Shown here in pieces: positions 19,338 through 27,905 of a stretch of 64,000 bases of DNA. The number at the start of each line of letters is the position of its first letter. Within the stretch, counting starts at the first letter, position 1. A program made the position numbers and the translations under genes. Location: contig CBINOO010000001.1 of NCBI GenBank assembly GCA_966252305.1, positions 17,979 through 81,978 on the forward strand, written 5' to 3'. The notes beneath the pieces are model-generated. The model was not told the origin of the DNA, searched no databases, and was given only the letters and a program-made list of their open reading frames with translations. The DNA comes from an uncultured Acidimicrobiia bacterium. GTDB lineage: Bacteria; Acidobacteriota; Vicinamibacteria; Vicinamibacterales; SCN-69-37.

Positions 19338-19724
19338 ATGCGCATCAGGATCTCTCTGCCGGTTCTTGTGTTTGCCTTCACTGTTGTCACAGCCAGCGCC
19401 TGTGGCGACCAGGCGAGTCAGCCGCCGGCGGCGACTCCCGCTGCCACGCCGACTGCCGCCCCACCGCCCGGCAAACCGGCGTCCGCTACCGTCACCGAAC
19501 TCGTCGCCGGCGATGCCGCCTGTTACGTCACGCTCAAGCCGGACACCGGCGAGGCGGTCACGGAAATGGCGGAGTTCGAGATTTGCGAGAAGACGGAATT
19601 GGTCGGCAGGAAGGTCGACCTCACCTGGAAGCAGGGCGAGGTCCTCGCGGCGGAATGTCAGGGCGATGTGGACTGCGGTAAGACCGACAAGGTCTGGCTG
19701 ATCACCGCGGTGAAGGTGCGGTAA
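19338..19724 (+). CDS. Lipoprotein, hypothetical
   Basis: Lipobox ASAC, Pro/Ala linker, Cys-containing domain GDAACYV..EICE..ECQGDVDCG. Confidence 0.75.
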   Translation: MRIRISLPVLVFAFTVVTASACGDQASQPPAATPAATPTAAPPPGKPASATVTELVAGDAACYVTLKPDTGEAVTEMAEFEICEKTELVGRKVDLTWKQGEVLAAECQGDVDCGKTDKVWLITAVKVR

Positions 19725-19899
19725 TCAGCGCGTCTGCGATGGCCTTGTTGTAGACCGTCGGCGCGATCTCCTTCAGACAAAAGTCCAGCATCATCGTGGC
19801 CTTCAGGTCCCCGATGTCCTGATCAAAGTGCTCCGCCACAAAACGTTTGATGGACTCGCGCAACTGCGCAGCTGTGTCTGGGGTTAATTCGATCGCCAT
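19702..19899 (-). CDS. DUF2164 family protein, possibly C-terminally truncated
   Basis: MAIEL..SIKRF..IGDLKA..LDFCLKEIAPTVYNKAIADA then reads into the antisense of the lipoprotein gene. Confidence 0.7.
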   Translation of the reverse strand: MAIELTPDTAAQLRESIKRFVAEHFDQDIGDLKATMMLDFCLKEIAPTVYNKAIADALITAPSPR

Positions 19900-19905
19900 A
19901 AGGTT

Positions 19906-21600
19906 CTATTGGCGGGCGATGATCTTTCCCGGCAACTCCCAGGTCGGCTTGCCATCGTCGACGACCGCGATGCCGTTGACGAAGACAAAGTTGATGCCTT
20001 CGGAGTACTGGTGCGGCTCGAAGAACGTCGCTTTGTCGCGAATGGTCGCCAGGTCAAAGACCACGAGATCCGCAGCCATCCCCTCGCGAATGATGCCGCG
20101 GTCGGAGAGCCCCATGATCAAGGCCGGCAGCGAGGTGGACGACCGAATCGCATGTTCAACCGTGATGGCGCCGCGGTCGAGCGCATAGTGCCGGATCTTG
20201 CGCGGATAACTGCCATAGAAGCGCGCGTGCGTCGAGGGCGGTCCGTCGAGCAGCGCGATACCGGCGTCCGTGGACGTCGCGACCCACAGCTGCTTCGCAA
20301 ACGCCTCCATGTCGCCTTCATCCATGGAGAACCCGCGCATGCGCGCGCCGCCGGCGCGGTTGGGCAGGCCTTCCAGCTGGATCTGGATCGCGGCCTCCAC
20401 GGGATCCACGCGCCACAGGGACGCGATCTCTGCCAGTGTCTTTCCGTACAGCGACTTGTCCGTGTACTCGTAGACCACGACGTTGTCCGCCCCACCGCGC
20501 CGGGCAATTTCGTGCGCAATGTCCGAGCGGACCGTGGCGGCAAGTTTTGCGTCCCGAAGGGTCGTTCGCAGCGCCTCAGCACGTCCGCCTGACGCCTGCG
20601 TGGCATTCGTTGACCGGATCGCCCAATCGGGAATCAGTACCGTTGAGCCATCCGTACCGCTGGTGGGATACGGATACTGGTCTGCCCACACATCCACGCC
20701 GCGGGCACGAGCGCGTTCAATCAGGCTGATCGCCGCAGCGCTTGATCCCCAGTAGTTCGCCCCCTTCGCCTTGATGTGCGACGCGACGACCCTGGCGCCG
20801 GACTTCTCGCCGATCTCGATCGTCTCGCGCACGGCATCCAGCAGCGTTGGAGGCCCAGGGCCGTCCTGGCTTGGCACGTACCAGAGCGGATCGCTGCCTT
20901 CGCTGCGTTCGTGGGAGATGTACACACCACCAAAAACCGGCAGTTCCTTCGCCAGTTCCACAATTTCGCTCGTGACACTCCAGCGGCCCGGCTCGTATTC
21001 GAGCCCAGCGCTCAGCCCGACGGCGCCCTCTTCCAGCGCCTGGCGCACCAGCACCCGCATCTTCGCGACTTCCTCATCGGTCGCCGGCCGGCGTGTATCG
21101 CGCCCCATCACCTGTGTGCGCACCGCGCCGTGGCCGACCATCAACATGGTGTTCGGACCGATACGGTTCTTCTCGATCAACGCGCGCTGGGTCGCAATGG
21201 GCCAGGGCGATCGACCGTCGTGATTGACGACCACCGTGGTGATGCCCTGGGTGACAAGATTAGGTGCCGCGCGAATCTGCGGATTCTGATCGCGGAATCC
21301 ACCCTGAGCCCTCGCGCCATCATCGGCATGCGAGTGAATGTCAATGAAGCCGGGTGATACGTACTTGCCGGCGGCGTCGATGGTCCGCGTGGCCGTGGCA
21401 CCGGTCAACGTTCCAATCGCGACGATGCGGTCACCGCGCACACCGATGTCGGCGGGAAACCATGGATTGCCGGTGCCGTCAAACACGCGGCCGTTGATGA
21501 TGAGCAGATCGAACGCCTGCGCGGGCGCAGGGGTCTGAGCGGCCAGCGCGCCCGCCGAGAGCGCGGCCACGGTGATCCCACAAAGCAGTCGAAAGCGCAT
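19906..21600 (-). CDS. N-acyl-D-amino-acid deacylase / amidohydrolase, secreted
   Basis: Signal peptide; PGFIDIHSH, SHIK, DQYPY, GMAADLVVFD. Confidence 0.88.
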   Translation of the reverse strand: MRFRLLCGITVAALSAGALAAQTPAPAQAFDLLIINGRVFDGTGNPWFPADIGVRGDRIVAIGTLTGATATRTIDAAGKYVSPGFIDIHSHADDGARAQGGFRDQNPQIRAAPNLVTQGITTVVVNHDGRSPWPIATQRALIEKNRIGPNTMLMVGHGAVRTQVMGRDTRRPATDEEVAKMRVLVRQALEEGAVGLSAGLEYEPGRWSVTSEIVELAKELPVFGGVYISHERSEGSDPLWYVPSQDGPGPPTLLDAVRETIEIGEKSGARVVASHIKAKGANYWGSSAAAISLIERARARGVDVWADQYPYPTSGTDGSTVLIPDWAIRSTNATQASGGRAEALRTTLRDAKLAATVRSDIAHEIARRGGADNVVVYEYTDKSLYGKTLAEIASLWRVDPVEAAIQIQLEGLPNRAGGARMRGFSMDEGDMEAFAKQLWVATSTDAGIALLDGPPSTHARFYGSYPRKIRHYALDRGAITVEHAIRSSTSLPALIMGLSDRGIIREGMAADLVVFDLATIRDKATFFEPHQYSEGINFVFVNGIAVVDDGKPTWELPGKIIARQ

Positions 21601-21622
21601 GGCAGGAGGATAACAGGGACCG

Positions 21623-22420
21623 CTACGCCGGCGAGGTGCGAAGTCGGGACGCCAGCAGGCCGGTCGCCGCGTCAAGATCAAGATCGGCGATGAGCAGTCC
21701 TGCGATGCCGTAGGGCTGATGACACAGCAATGTGCCGTCGGGTCTCGCCACCGCCGACGTGGTGCCTGCCCCTTCGCAGGCATGGTTCACCGAGGCGAAG
21801 TAACACGTATTTTCCGCAGCGCGACACAACATCGCCTTCTCGTGAAAGCTGTTCGCAGGGTCGCCAAAACTCGTCGGCCGATATCCGCCCGGCTGTCCGA
21901 GGTCCGCGTGGGGATGAAAGACCAGCTGCGCGCCGTGCCGCACGGCCCACCGTACTGTTTCCGGATACCTGAATCCTTCGTGGCAGATCACCACACCGAA
22001 TGTGAGTGGGCCCACGGTGAACACGGCCCTGCCGGTGCCCATCGCCGGATACACATCTTCCTCGGATGGATCCAGTTGCCCTTTGTCCTGCCACCCGAGA
22101 ATTGATCCGTCGGAATCGAACACACAGGCCGAGATCTGGAGGCCGCGCTCCGTCACACGCTCCATGCCAACAACAGCGGCAACGCCCGCTCGCCGCACTG
22201 CGGTCGACACCTCTGCCAGTGCCTGCTCAAGGAACTGCTGGTCCGGCGGCGCGACGGGCTTGCCCGGCCAGCGGTAGCCGGGAATACTGCATTCCGGAAA
22301 ACAGACCACCAGAGCTTCATGCTCGGCTGCCTTGCCGACGGCGTCGACAACCAGGCGTACGGATTCATCTCGTGATGTGGGATAGCTGATATTCGCCAGG
22401 GCGATACGCACGCGACGCAT
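21623..22420 (-). CDS. Carbon-nitrogen hydrolase (nitrilase superfamily)
   Basis: Glu-Lys-Cys triad motifs CFPE, QDK, ICHEGFRYPE. Confidence 0.88.
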   Translation of the reverse strand: MRRVRIALANISYPTSRDESVRLVVDAVGKAAEHEALVVCFPECSIPGYRWPGKPVAPPDQQFLEQALAEVSTAVRRAGVAAVVGMERVTERGLQISACVFDSDGSILGWQDKGQLDPSEEDVYPAMGTGRAVFTVGPLTFGVVICHEGFRYPETVRWAVRHGAQLVFHPHADLGQPGGYRPTSFGDPANSFHEKAMLCRAAENTCYFASVNHACEGAGTTSAVARPDGTLLCHQPYGIAGLLIADLDLDAATGLLASRLRTSPA

Positions 22421-22444
22421 CCGCGTACTGTATCGTCTATCGCG

Positions 22445-22834
22445 ATGCACGCCGACATCCGCAAATACAACAACGCGCTCACCAAAGAGTCAAAAGCGAT
22501 CTGCAAACGGCTCGCTGAGACGATCGACGAGCGCCTGCCCACGGCCGAGAGCAAGATCTGGCACCGGCATCCAGTCTGGTTCCTCGACGGCAACCCGATC
22601 GTCGGCTACAGCCAGCTGAAAGACTGCGTACGCCTCCTGTTTTGGAGCGGTCAGTCCTTTGACGAGCCGGGACTCTCACCGGAAGGCACGTTCAAGGCCG
22701 CAGAGGCCCGATACACGTCGGTGGACGAGGTGCGGCCGCGTGACCTCGCGCGCTGGCTGCGCAAGGCGAAGGCCATCCAGTGGGACTACAAAAACATCGT
22801 CAAACGCAAAGGCGTCCTGGTGCGGATCGAGTAG
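22445..22834 (+). CDS. DUF1801 family protein
   Basis: KIWHRHPVWFLDGNPIVGY..LLFWSGQSF..QWDYKNIVKRKG. Confidence 0.85.
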   Translation: MHADIRKYNNALTKESKAICKRLAETIDERLPTAESKIWHRHPVWFLDGNPIVGYSQLKDCVRLLFWSGQSFDEPGLSPEGTFKAAEARYTSVDEVRPRDLARWLRKAKAIQWDYKNIVKRKGVLVRIE

Positions 22835-22873
22835 GTCTCACGCGCTGCGAGGAGCGGCGTTATCATCTGCACC

Positions 22874-24361
22874 ATGCTCACACGCGTTGCGCAACGCTCC
22901 CACCTCTCCCTCATCGTCGCCCTCGGCTTCGCAGTGCTGCCGCTCGCGGTTGTGGCGCAACAGGCGAACGACGATGCCACCCTCGCCAGGATTCGTGCTG
23001 AGGGCCTGGAACGGTCCATGGCGCAGTCGCTGTTTCTCAGGTTGACTGACGGCTTTGGTGGTCGACTGACCGGTTCACCGGCGCATGTGCGCTCTGCCAA
23101 CTGGGCCAAAGAGCAGTTCGCCGCGTGGGGCCTGAGCAACGCGCGGCTGGAGCCGTTCGAGTTTGGTGCGGGCTGGGAAGTGCTGCATGTCTCCGCGGCG
23201 ATGACCGAGCCGCGCTACTTCCCTCTCATTGCCTATCCGGAGGCGTGGACAGCTTCGACGGCAGGACCAGTGAGCGGGCGCGTCGTCTACATCGGCGACA
23301 AGACGTCGGCGCAAGTGACAGAAATGGGCGCCGCGCTCAAGGGTGCCATCGTGCTGACCCATCCACCAGTCGACACGTTCGTGGATGGGGACCGGCCGCA
23401 GCCCGGCATTGCGGACGCACCGATCGCGACGGGCAACCCCTCGCTGCCGCAGGCTCGCGCGCCAATTCCCGGGCGCACCTTGACCTCGTTGCTGCAACAG
23501 CTCGGCGCGGCCGTCACGATCAAACCCAGCACGTACCGCGACGGCACGGTGGGCGTGCTCGGCAACCGGAATACACCGCGCGATGCGGTGCCGTCGCTCG
23601 TGGTCGCCACCGAGCAATACAACATGCTGGCCCGCCTCGCCGCGGCAGGCGAACCAGTGGCAATGACCGTGGAATCACGCACGCGATTCCACGAGGCGGA
23701 TCTGAACAGCTACAACGTCATCGCGGAGATTGCGGGCACAGACCCGGCCGTGCGTGACGAATACGTGTTGCTGGGCGCGCATCTTGATTCGTGGCACACG
23801 GCAAACGGCGCAACAGATAACGCCGACGGCGCCGTGGCTGTCATGGAAGCCATGCGGATCCTGAAGGCCATTGGCGCCTCGCCGAGACGAACGATCCGAG
23901 TGGCGCTCTGGAGTGGCGAAGAGCAGGGCCTGCTTGGCGCGCGAGCCTATCTGGCGCAGCACCTGGCCACGCCGGAGGCACAGGCCAAACTCCAGGTGTA
24001 TCTGAACGACGATCCGGGCAGCGGCCGGACGTTGGGCTTCTACATGGAAAAAAACGAGGCCGCCAAGCAGTTCTTCGACGGCTGGCTCGCGCCGCTGCGC
24101 GACCTCGGCGCCACGATGAACGTCATGGAAGGCATTGGATCAACCGACCACGTGCCGTTTGTGCAGGCCGGCATGCCGGCGTTCAACGCCATCAAGGACT
24201 TCTCGGCCTACGACGAACGCACGCGCCACACCAACGCGGACTTCCCGGAGCGCATGAGCGAGGACGAACTCAAGCAGCAGGCGATCGTGATGGCCACGTT
24301 CGCGTGGCGCGCGGCGCAGATGGACGGCCGCGTGCCGCGCGTGCCCGCCGGCGCTCGATAG
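22874..24361 (+). CDS. M28 family metallopeptidase (carboxypeptidase Q-like), secreted
   Basis: GAHLDSW, GATDNADG, WSGEEQGLLG, TDH, HTNAD zinc-ligand motifs. Confidence 0.9.
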   Translation: MLTRVAQRSHLSLIVALGFAVLPLAVVAQQANDDATLARIRAEGLERSMAQSLFLRLTDGFGGRLTGSPAHVRSANWAKEQFAAWGLSNARLEPFEFGAGWEVLHVSAAMTEPRYFPLIAYPEAWTASTAGPVSGRVVYIGDKTSAQVTEMGAALKGAIVLTHPPVDTFVDGDRPQPGIADAPIATGNPSLPQARAPIPGRTLTSLLQQLGAAVTIKPSTYRDGTVGVLGNRNTPRDAVPSLVVATEQYNMLARLAAAGEPVAMTVESRTRFHEADLNSYNVIAEIAGTDPAVRDEYVLLGAHLDSWHTANGATDNADGAVAVMEAMRILKAIGASPRRTIRVALWSGEEQGLLGARAYLAQHLATPEAQAKLQVYLNDDPGSGRTLGFYMEKNEAAKQFFDGWLAPLRDLGATMNVMEGIGSTDHVPFVQAGMPAFNAIKDFSAYDERTRHTNADFPERMSEDELKQQAIVMATFAWRAAQMDGRVPRVPAGAR

Positions 24362-24412
24362 GCGATGGCGGCCGTGACGGGTCGCAGCTCAGCCGGGGGG
24401 GACAGCTCAGCC

Positions 24413-24438
24413 GTGGGGGCGGGTCTTCAGACCCGCCC
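24413..24438 (+). repeat. REP-like palindrome GTGG-GGGCGGGTC-TTCA-GACCCGCCC
   Basis: GTGG followed by a perfect 9-bp stem with TTCA loop at a convergent gene junction; related copies at 52859 and 54799-54853. Confidence 0.65.
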
Positions 24439-24867
24439 GATCCCCTGGCGGCGACCGGTCCACTCCATGCGTTTGGTAAAGGCGGGCCCGTAGCCGCGGA
24501 TGTACACATGCGCGGTGCCCACCAACAGACCTTCAGGAATCAGTCGCGCTGAATAGACTGTCGAGTACATGTCGCGACTGTCTTCGGCGCCGATCGTGCC
24601 GGCTCGCAACGCTGCCCAGCTTGCGGTATCGGCAAACGTGACAATGCCGTTCCTGTATTCACCGACGATGGGCGCACCCTTCATGGTGCCCTTCACCGTA
24701 GAGCCATCAATTTCGAGCGAGAGCGGGAGCGTCGCCGACTGGTTGGCGACTTCGACAGTCCAGGAGCCGTTAAACGACGCCCGCTGAACCGTCCACTGCT
24801 CCTGCGCATTCAGCCAGCCGCCGGCACACACCACCGCGAGCACACAGACCGCGAGCCTTCGTCTCAT
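24427..24867 (-). CDS. Secreted hypothetical protein
   Basis: Signal peptide MRRRLAVCVLAVVCAGGWLNA; GGAGA SD; start trimmed past the repeat. Confidence 0.65.
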   Translation of the reverse strand: MRRRLAVCVLAVVCAGGWLNAQEQWTVQRASFNGSWTVEVANQSATLPLSLEIDGSTVKGTMKGAPIVGEYRNGIVTFADTASWAALRAGTIGAEDSRDMYSTVYSARLIPEGLLVGTAHVYIRGYGPAFTKRMEWTGRRQGIGRV

Positions 24868-24895
24868 TGTGAGTTCTCCCGCCCCGATCTTACCC

Positions 24896-24967
24896 CGGCA
24901 CTTCGGCACTTCGGCACCACGGCACTTCGGCACTTCGGCACCCCGGCACTTCGGCACTTCGGCACCC
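24896..24967. repeat. Intergenic octamer tandem repeat (CGGCACTT-type x9, 24-nt higher-order period)
   Basis: (cggcactt cggcactt cggcaccM) x3 read directly. Confidence 0.92.
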
Positions 24968-24970
24968 CGC

Positions 24971-25606
24971 CTACGGCACCACTGTCTCCGCCAGGCAGGT
25001 GTTGGTGGAACCGTTCAGGCGCAGGGAGGCTGCCTCGAAGGCCGCGTTCACCGAGGCCGAGAAAAACGTCCGCAGGCAGACGGCCACTTCCGGCGCCGGC
25101 ACGCGGCGATTCAGCTGCAACTCCGTCCGGCCACGCCCGTTGTTGAGCCGGCCCACGATCCCGATTTGCTGGCCGGCGGTCACCGTCTGGCCCACCGTGA
25201 CACGAACGTCCCGCACGTGGTCGTGCACCAGCACATAGATGGAGGCGTCGGACGTCTGAATCGTGATGGCCTGGTCGCCCTGCGCCGTATCCGCAATCCA
25301 CATCACCCGGCCGGACATGGCGGCCAGCACCGGCACATCCTGCGAGGCCGTTTCGATCTCCCACGTCGGATTGCGGATCTCGGAGGGCAACGTCGCGCCA
25401 AACACAAAAAACGCCACGGCCTGCTCCGCATTCACAAACGCTCCCGTCAGCGACGGTGGTGTGGAGTCCTGCGTCGTGCCGCCTGACGTCCCGCCGGTTG
25501 ATGGGGACGTGGGGGTGCTGCTGCCGCCACCTCCGCCGCCACAGGCCACAGTCGAGAGCAGCAGGGCTGACACCCAGAAGATGGAGGAGTTCCGCCGATG
25601 ACGCAT
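24971..25606 (-). CDS. Lipoprotein with degenerate M23/LytM-like domain
   Basis: Lipobox TVAC; PVLAAMSGRV and HV..VRVTVGQTVTAGQQIG typical of M23; HxxxD and HxH absent. Confidence 0.7.
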   Translation of the reverse strand: MRHRRNSSIFWVSALLLSTVACGGGGGGSSTPTSPSTGGTSGGTTQDSTPPSLTGAFVNAEQAVAFFVFGATLPSEIRNPTWEIETASQDVPVLAAMSGRVMWIADTAQGDQAITIQTSDASIYVLVHDHVRDVRVTVGQTVTAGQQIGIVGRLNNGRGRTELQLNRRVPAPEVAVCLRTFFSASVNAAFEAASLRLNGSTNTCLAETVVP

Positions 25607-25652
25607 GCCGCCATGGTAGGAACTCACCGCGGCCGATGCACGTTGGGCTTTC

Positions 25653-26495
25653 TCAGGACTTCTCAGCGAGGCGCCCGGTCTCGGTTTCCATCCAACCTCG
25701 GCGCAGTTCTTCCACGGGAATCGACGACAGATATGGCTTGATGTCGAGGATTGGGGTGCCGTCGAGCATGTCCAGACCTGCCACGTGCAGTCGTCGCCCG
25801 TCGCGTCGCAGCAAACGAACGACCGTCAGCCCGATCGGGTTGGGTCGATACGGGGACCGCGAGGCGAAGACACCATGCGGACGGTCGGCCGTCGGCGGCT
25901 GGGATGTCAGCCGGCTCTCTTCGGACTGATGAAAGACCCAGATGACGTAGAGGTGCGAAAAGCCCTCGATGTCGGTCAGGCCTTCTTCGTACGCGGTGCC
26001 CACCTCGAGAATCCCCTCGGCGACGTGGGCGGCGCCAGGGCCTTTCGGGATCTGCGCCTTCTCGACGAACGGACTCCGCACGACACCGATCGGCGTGAAG
26101 TCGACTTTCGACGAGGCGCTGCCGATGATGCGCACCAGCCTCCACGCGCCTGTCTCGTCGCGACGATACATCCAGAGGTAATGCCCCTCTTCCGCAAGTG
26201 GGGCGCCGCCGTCCCGCGGTGTCAGCCTCTGCGCGAAACGGCCGCGATCAAAGGCGAGGTTGCCCGACGCCACGACTTCCGCGCTGTCGCACACGACTTC
26301 GCGCTGATACACGCCGTTCATGACACGCAACACTTCGGTCACGAACTCCAGGCATGCCGCCCTCCCTTCAATCGGCGGCATTCCGGGTGGCAGGATCACG
26401 GCATCCTCCGCGAGCAGTTCTTCGAACACCGCGGGATTGCCCGTTTGCTCCGCATCAACGATGCGGGCGCGGAACGTGTCGAACGGCGTGGACAT
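25653..26495 (-). CDS. tsaA: SnoaL/DUF4440 (NTF2-like) domain fused to TrmO/TsaA SAM-binding domain
   Basis: N-half EDAVILPPG..GNLAF..YRRDETGAWR; C-half PIGVVRSPF, GFSHLYVIWVFH, GVFASRSPYRPNPIGLT, GLDMLDGTPILDIKPY. Confidence 0.82.
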   Translation of the reverse strand: MSTPFDTFRARIVDAEQTGNPAVFEELLAEDAVILPPGMPPIEGRAACLEFVTEVLRVMNGVYQREVVCDSAEVVASGNLAFDRGRFAQRLTPRDGGAPLAEEGHYLWMYRRDETGAWRLVRIIGSASSKVDFTPIGVVRSPFVEKAQIPKGPGAAHVAEGILEVGTAYEEGLTDIEGFSHLYVIWVFHQSEESRLTSQPPTADRPHGVFASRSPYRPNPIGLTVVRLLRRDGRRLHVAGLDMLDGTPILDIKPYLSSIPVEELRRGWMETETGRLAEKS

Positions 26496-26869
26496 CAGTT
26501 CGATGATACGCCGTGCCGGCTCACGAACTCGCGAACACGGCGACGGTTGTCATCGGACAGATCGACAAACTGCACACCCAGGCCCTTGTCAGCCTGTTCG
26601 TGTCGCACCCGTACCGTGCCGTCGACGAACACGGGAGGATTCGGCAGCCGGAATCGGATGCTCAGAACGCGGCCCACCCCAAACCGCTGCGGCGTCTCGA
26701 CGAAGGCGCCGCCTTCGCTCAAGTCGCGCAGGACGCCGCCCCCCTTGGTGAGGATGCCGTCCTGCCCGAGCCAGATCTCGGTGCGCAGTGAGGCGCGAGG
26801 ATGGGATCTGCCTCGAGGCAGGGCGGGCAACGCCCCGCGTGAGAGCACGACGGGAGGCGGAGGCGCCAT
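26495..26869 (-). CDS. PilZ domain protein
   Basis: RxxxR (RSHPR) and DxSxxG (DLSEGG) c-di-GMP motifs; GLGVQF; start uncertain. Confidence 0.82.
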   Translation of the reverse strand: MAPPPPVVLSRGALPALPRGRSHPRASLRTEIWLGQDGILTKGGGVLRDLSEGGAFVETPQRFGVGRVLSIRFRLPNPPVFVDGTVRVRHEQADKGLGVQFVDLSDDNRRRVREFVSRHGVSSN

Positions 26870-26912
26870 CACATCGGAGGCAAACTGCCAGGAGCGCAGT
26901 TGCAGGCGCGGC

Positions 26913-27836
26913 TCAGGCGCTCGCACGTGCCCCCTCAATCATGTCGCGCACAAACGCACTCGCGCGTGTTCCGACGCGGTGTTTGCCGCCCCTCTTGGCG
27001 TCATACAACGCATGGTCGGCGCGGTCGTACAGGCTCTTTGGAGTATCTCCGGCCGAAAACTCCGCCAGGCCGCAACTCACCCCGTGTACAGCCACGGCAA
27101 TCTCCGACACGAGCGTGGCGAACCGATTCTCAGCCTGCCGCAGCGTCAGGCCCGCGACGATGACGGCGAACTCGTCACCACCAAGACGCGCGACCAGGTC
27201 GCCGGGTCGCATCGAGCTGGACAACATCCCGGCAATGCCTGCCAGGACCTTGTCACCCTCGGCGTGGCCGCGGGTGTCGTTGACGCCCTTGAAGTCGTCA
27301 ACGTCGAACAGCGCCAGCACGACACGCTGATGAGAGGAACGAAGACGATGCGTGAGTTCGCGGTCGAAGGCGCGTCTGTTCGCCAGGCCGGTGAGCGCGT
27401 CGGTCGAGGCCTCCGCCCGTGTGCTTCGCAGCTGCACTTCGAGGTCGGTCACACGGTCGACGTAGGCTTTTCGCGTCGCCTCCCATCGCTGTCGGCGTTC
27501 CACCACGGCCAGCTTCAGGGTGCGCACCTCTTCGATCAGGTGCGTGCGGAGCACCTCGGGGTCGGGCTGGGAGACCAGGGCGTGGAAGCGGCCGGCAGCC
27601 GATTGCACGTCGCCCTGCCATGACTGCATCTCCGTCCCGAGCGCGCCAACCGTTTCGTGCAGTGCCCCGACGACGGCCGCAAGATCCTCCACGCGGTGTT
27701 GCTCGAGCTGCTGGGCGTGACGGGTGAACTCGGCGCACGACTGCGCGCAGTTCTGCGCCGCAGCCGGCGTCGGCTGGACTGGCTCCTCTCGTGGCCCTCG
27801 CAGGTCGAGCGCGATTAGATCATGCGAATGGTGCAC
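26913..27836 (-). CDS. Diguanylate cyclase with N-terminal coiled coil
   Basis: DALTGLANRR, DVDDFKGVND, I-site RPGD, intact GGDEF. Confidence 0.92.
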   Translation of the reverse strand: MHHSHDLIALDLRGPREEPVQPTPAAAQNCAQSCAEFTRHAQQLEQHRVEDLAAVVGALHETVGALGTEMQSWQGDVQSAAGRFHALVSQPDPEVLRTHLIEEVRTLKLAVVERRQRWEATRKAYVDRVTDLEVQLRSTRAEASTDALTGLANRRAFDRELTHRLRSSHQRVVLALFDVDDFKGVNDTRGHAEGDKVLAGIAGMLSSSMRPGDLVARLGGDEFAVIVAGLTLRQAENRFATLVSEIAVAVHGVSCGLAEFSAGDTPKSLYDRADHALYDAKRGGKHRVGTRASAFVRDMIEGARASA

Positions 27837-27905
27837 AACGCCTCCAGAAGGGCCCCGGATATGGGTACCCCTCTGAAGGCGTAATCGGCACGGGTCGTGG
27901 TTCGT

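Noticed and set aside
24868-24957. N-terminal MPKCRGAEV extension of the 24427 ORF
   Set aside because: Arises from the stop-free repeat; SD and signal peptide support the start at 24867
24896-24967. CRISPR array
   Set aside because: Contiguous 8-nt units with no spacers and no cas genes
25785-27623. 612-aa plus-strand ORF
   Set aside because: Antisense to the TrmO fusion, PilZ and GGDEF genes
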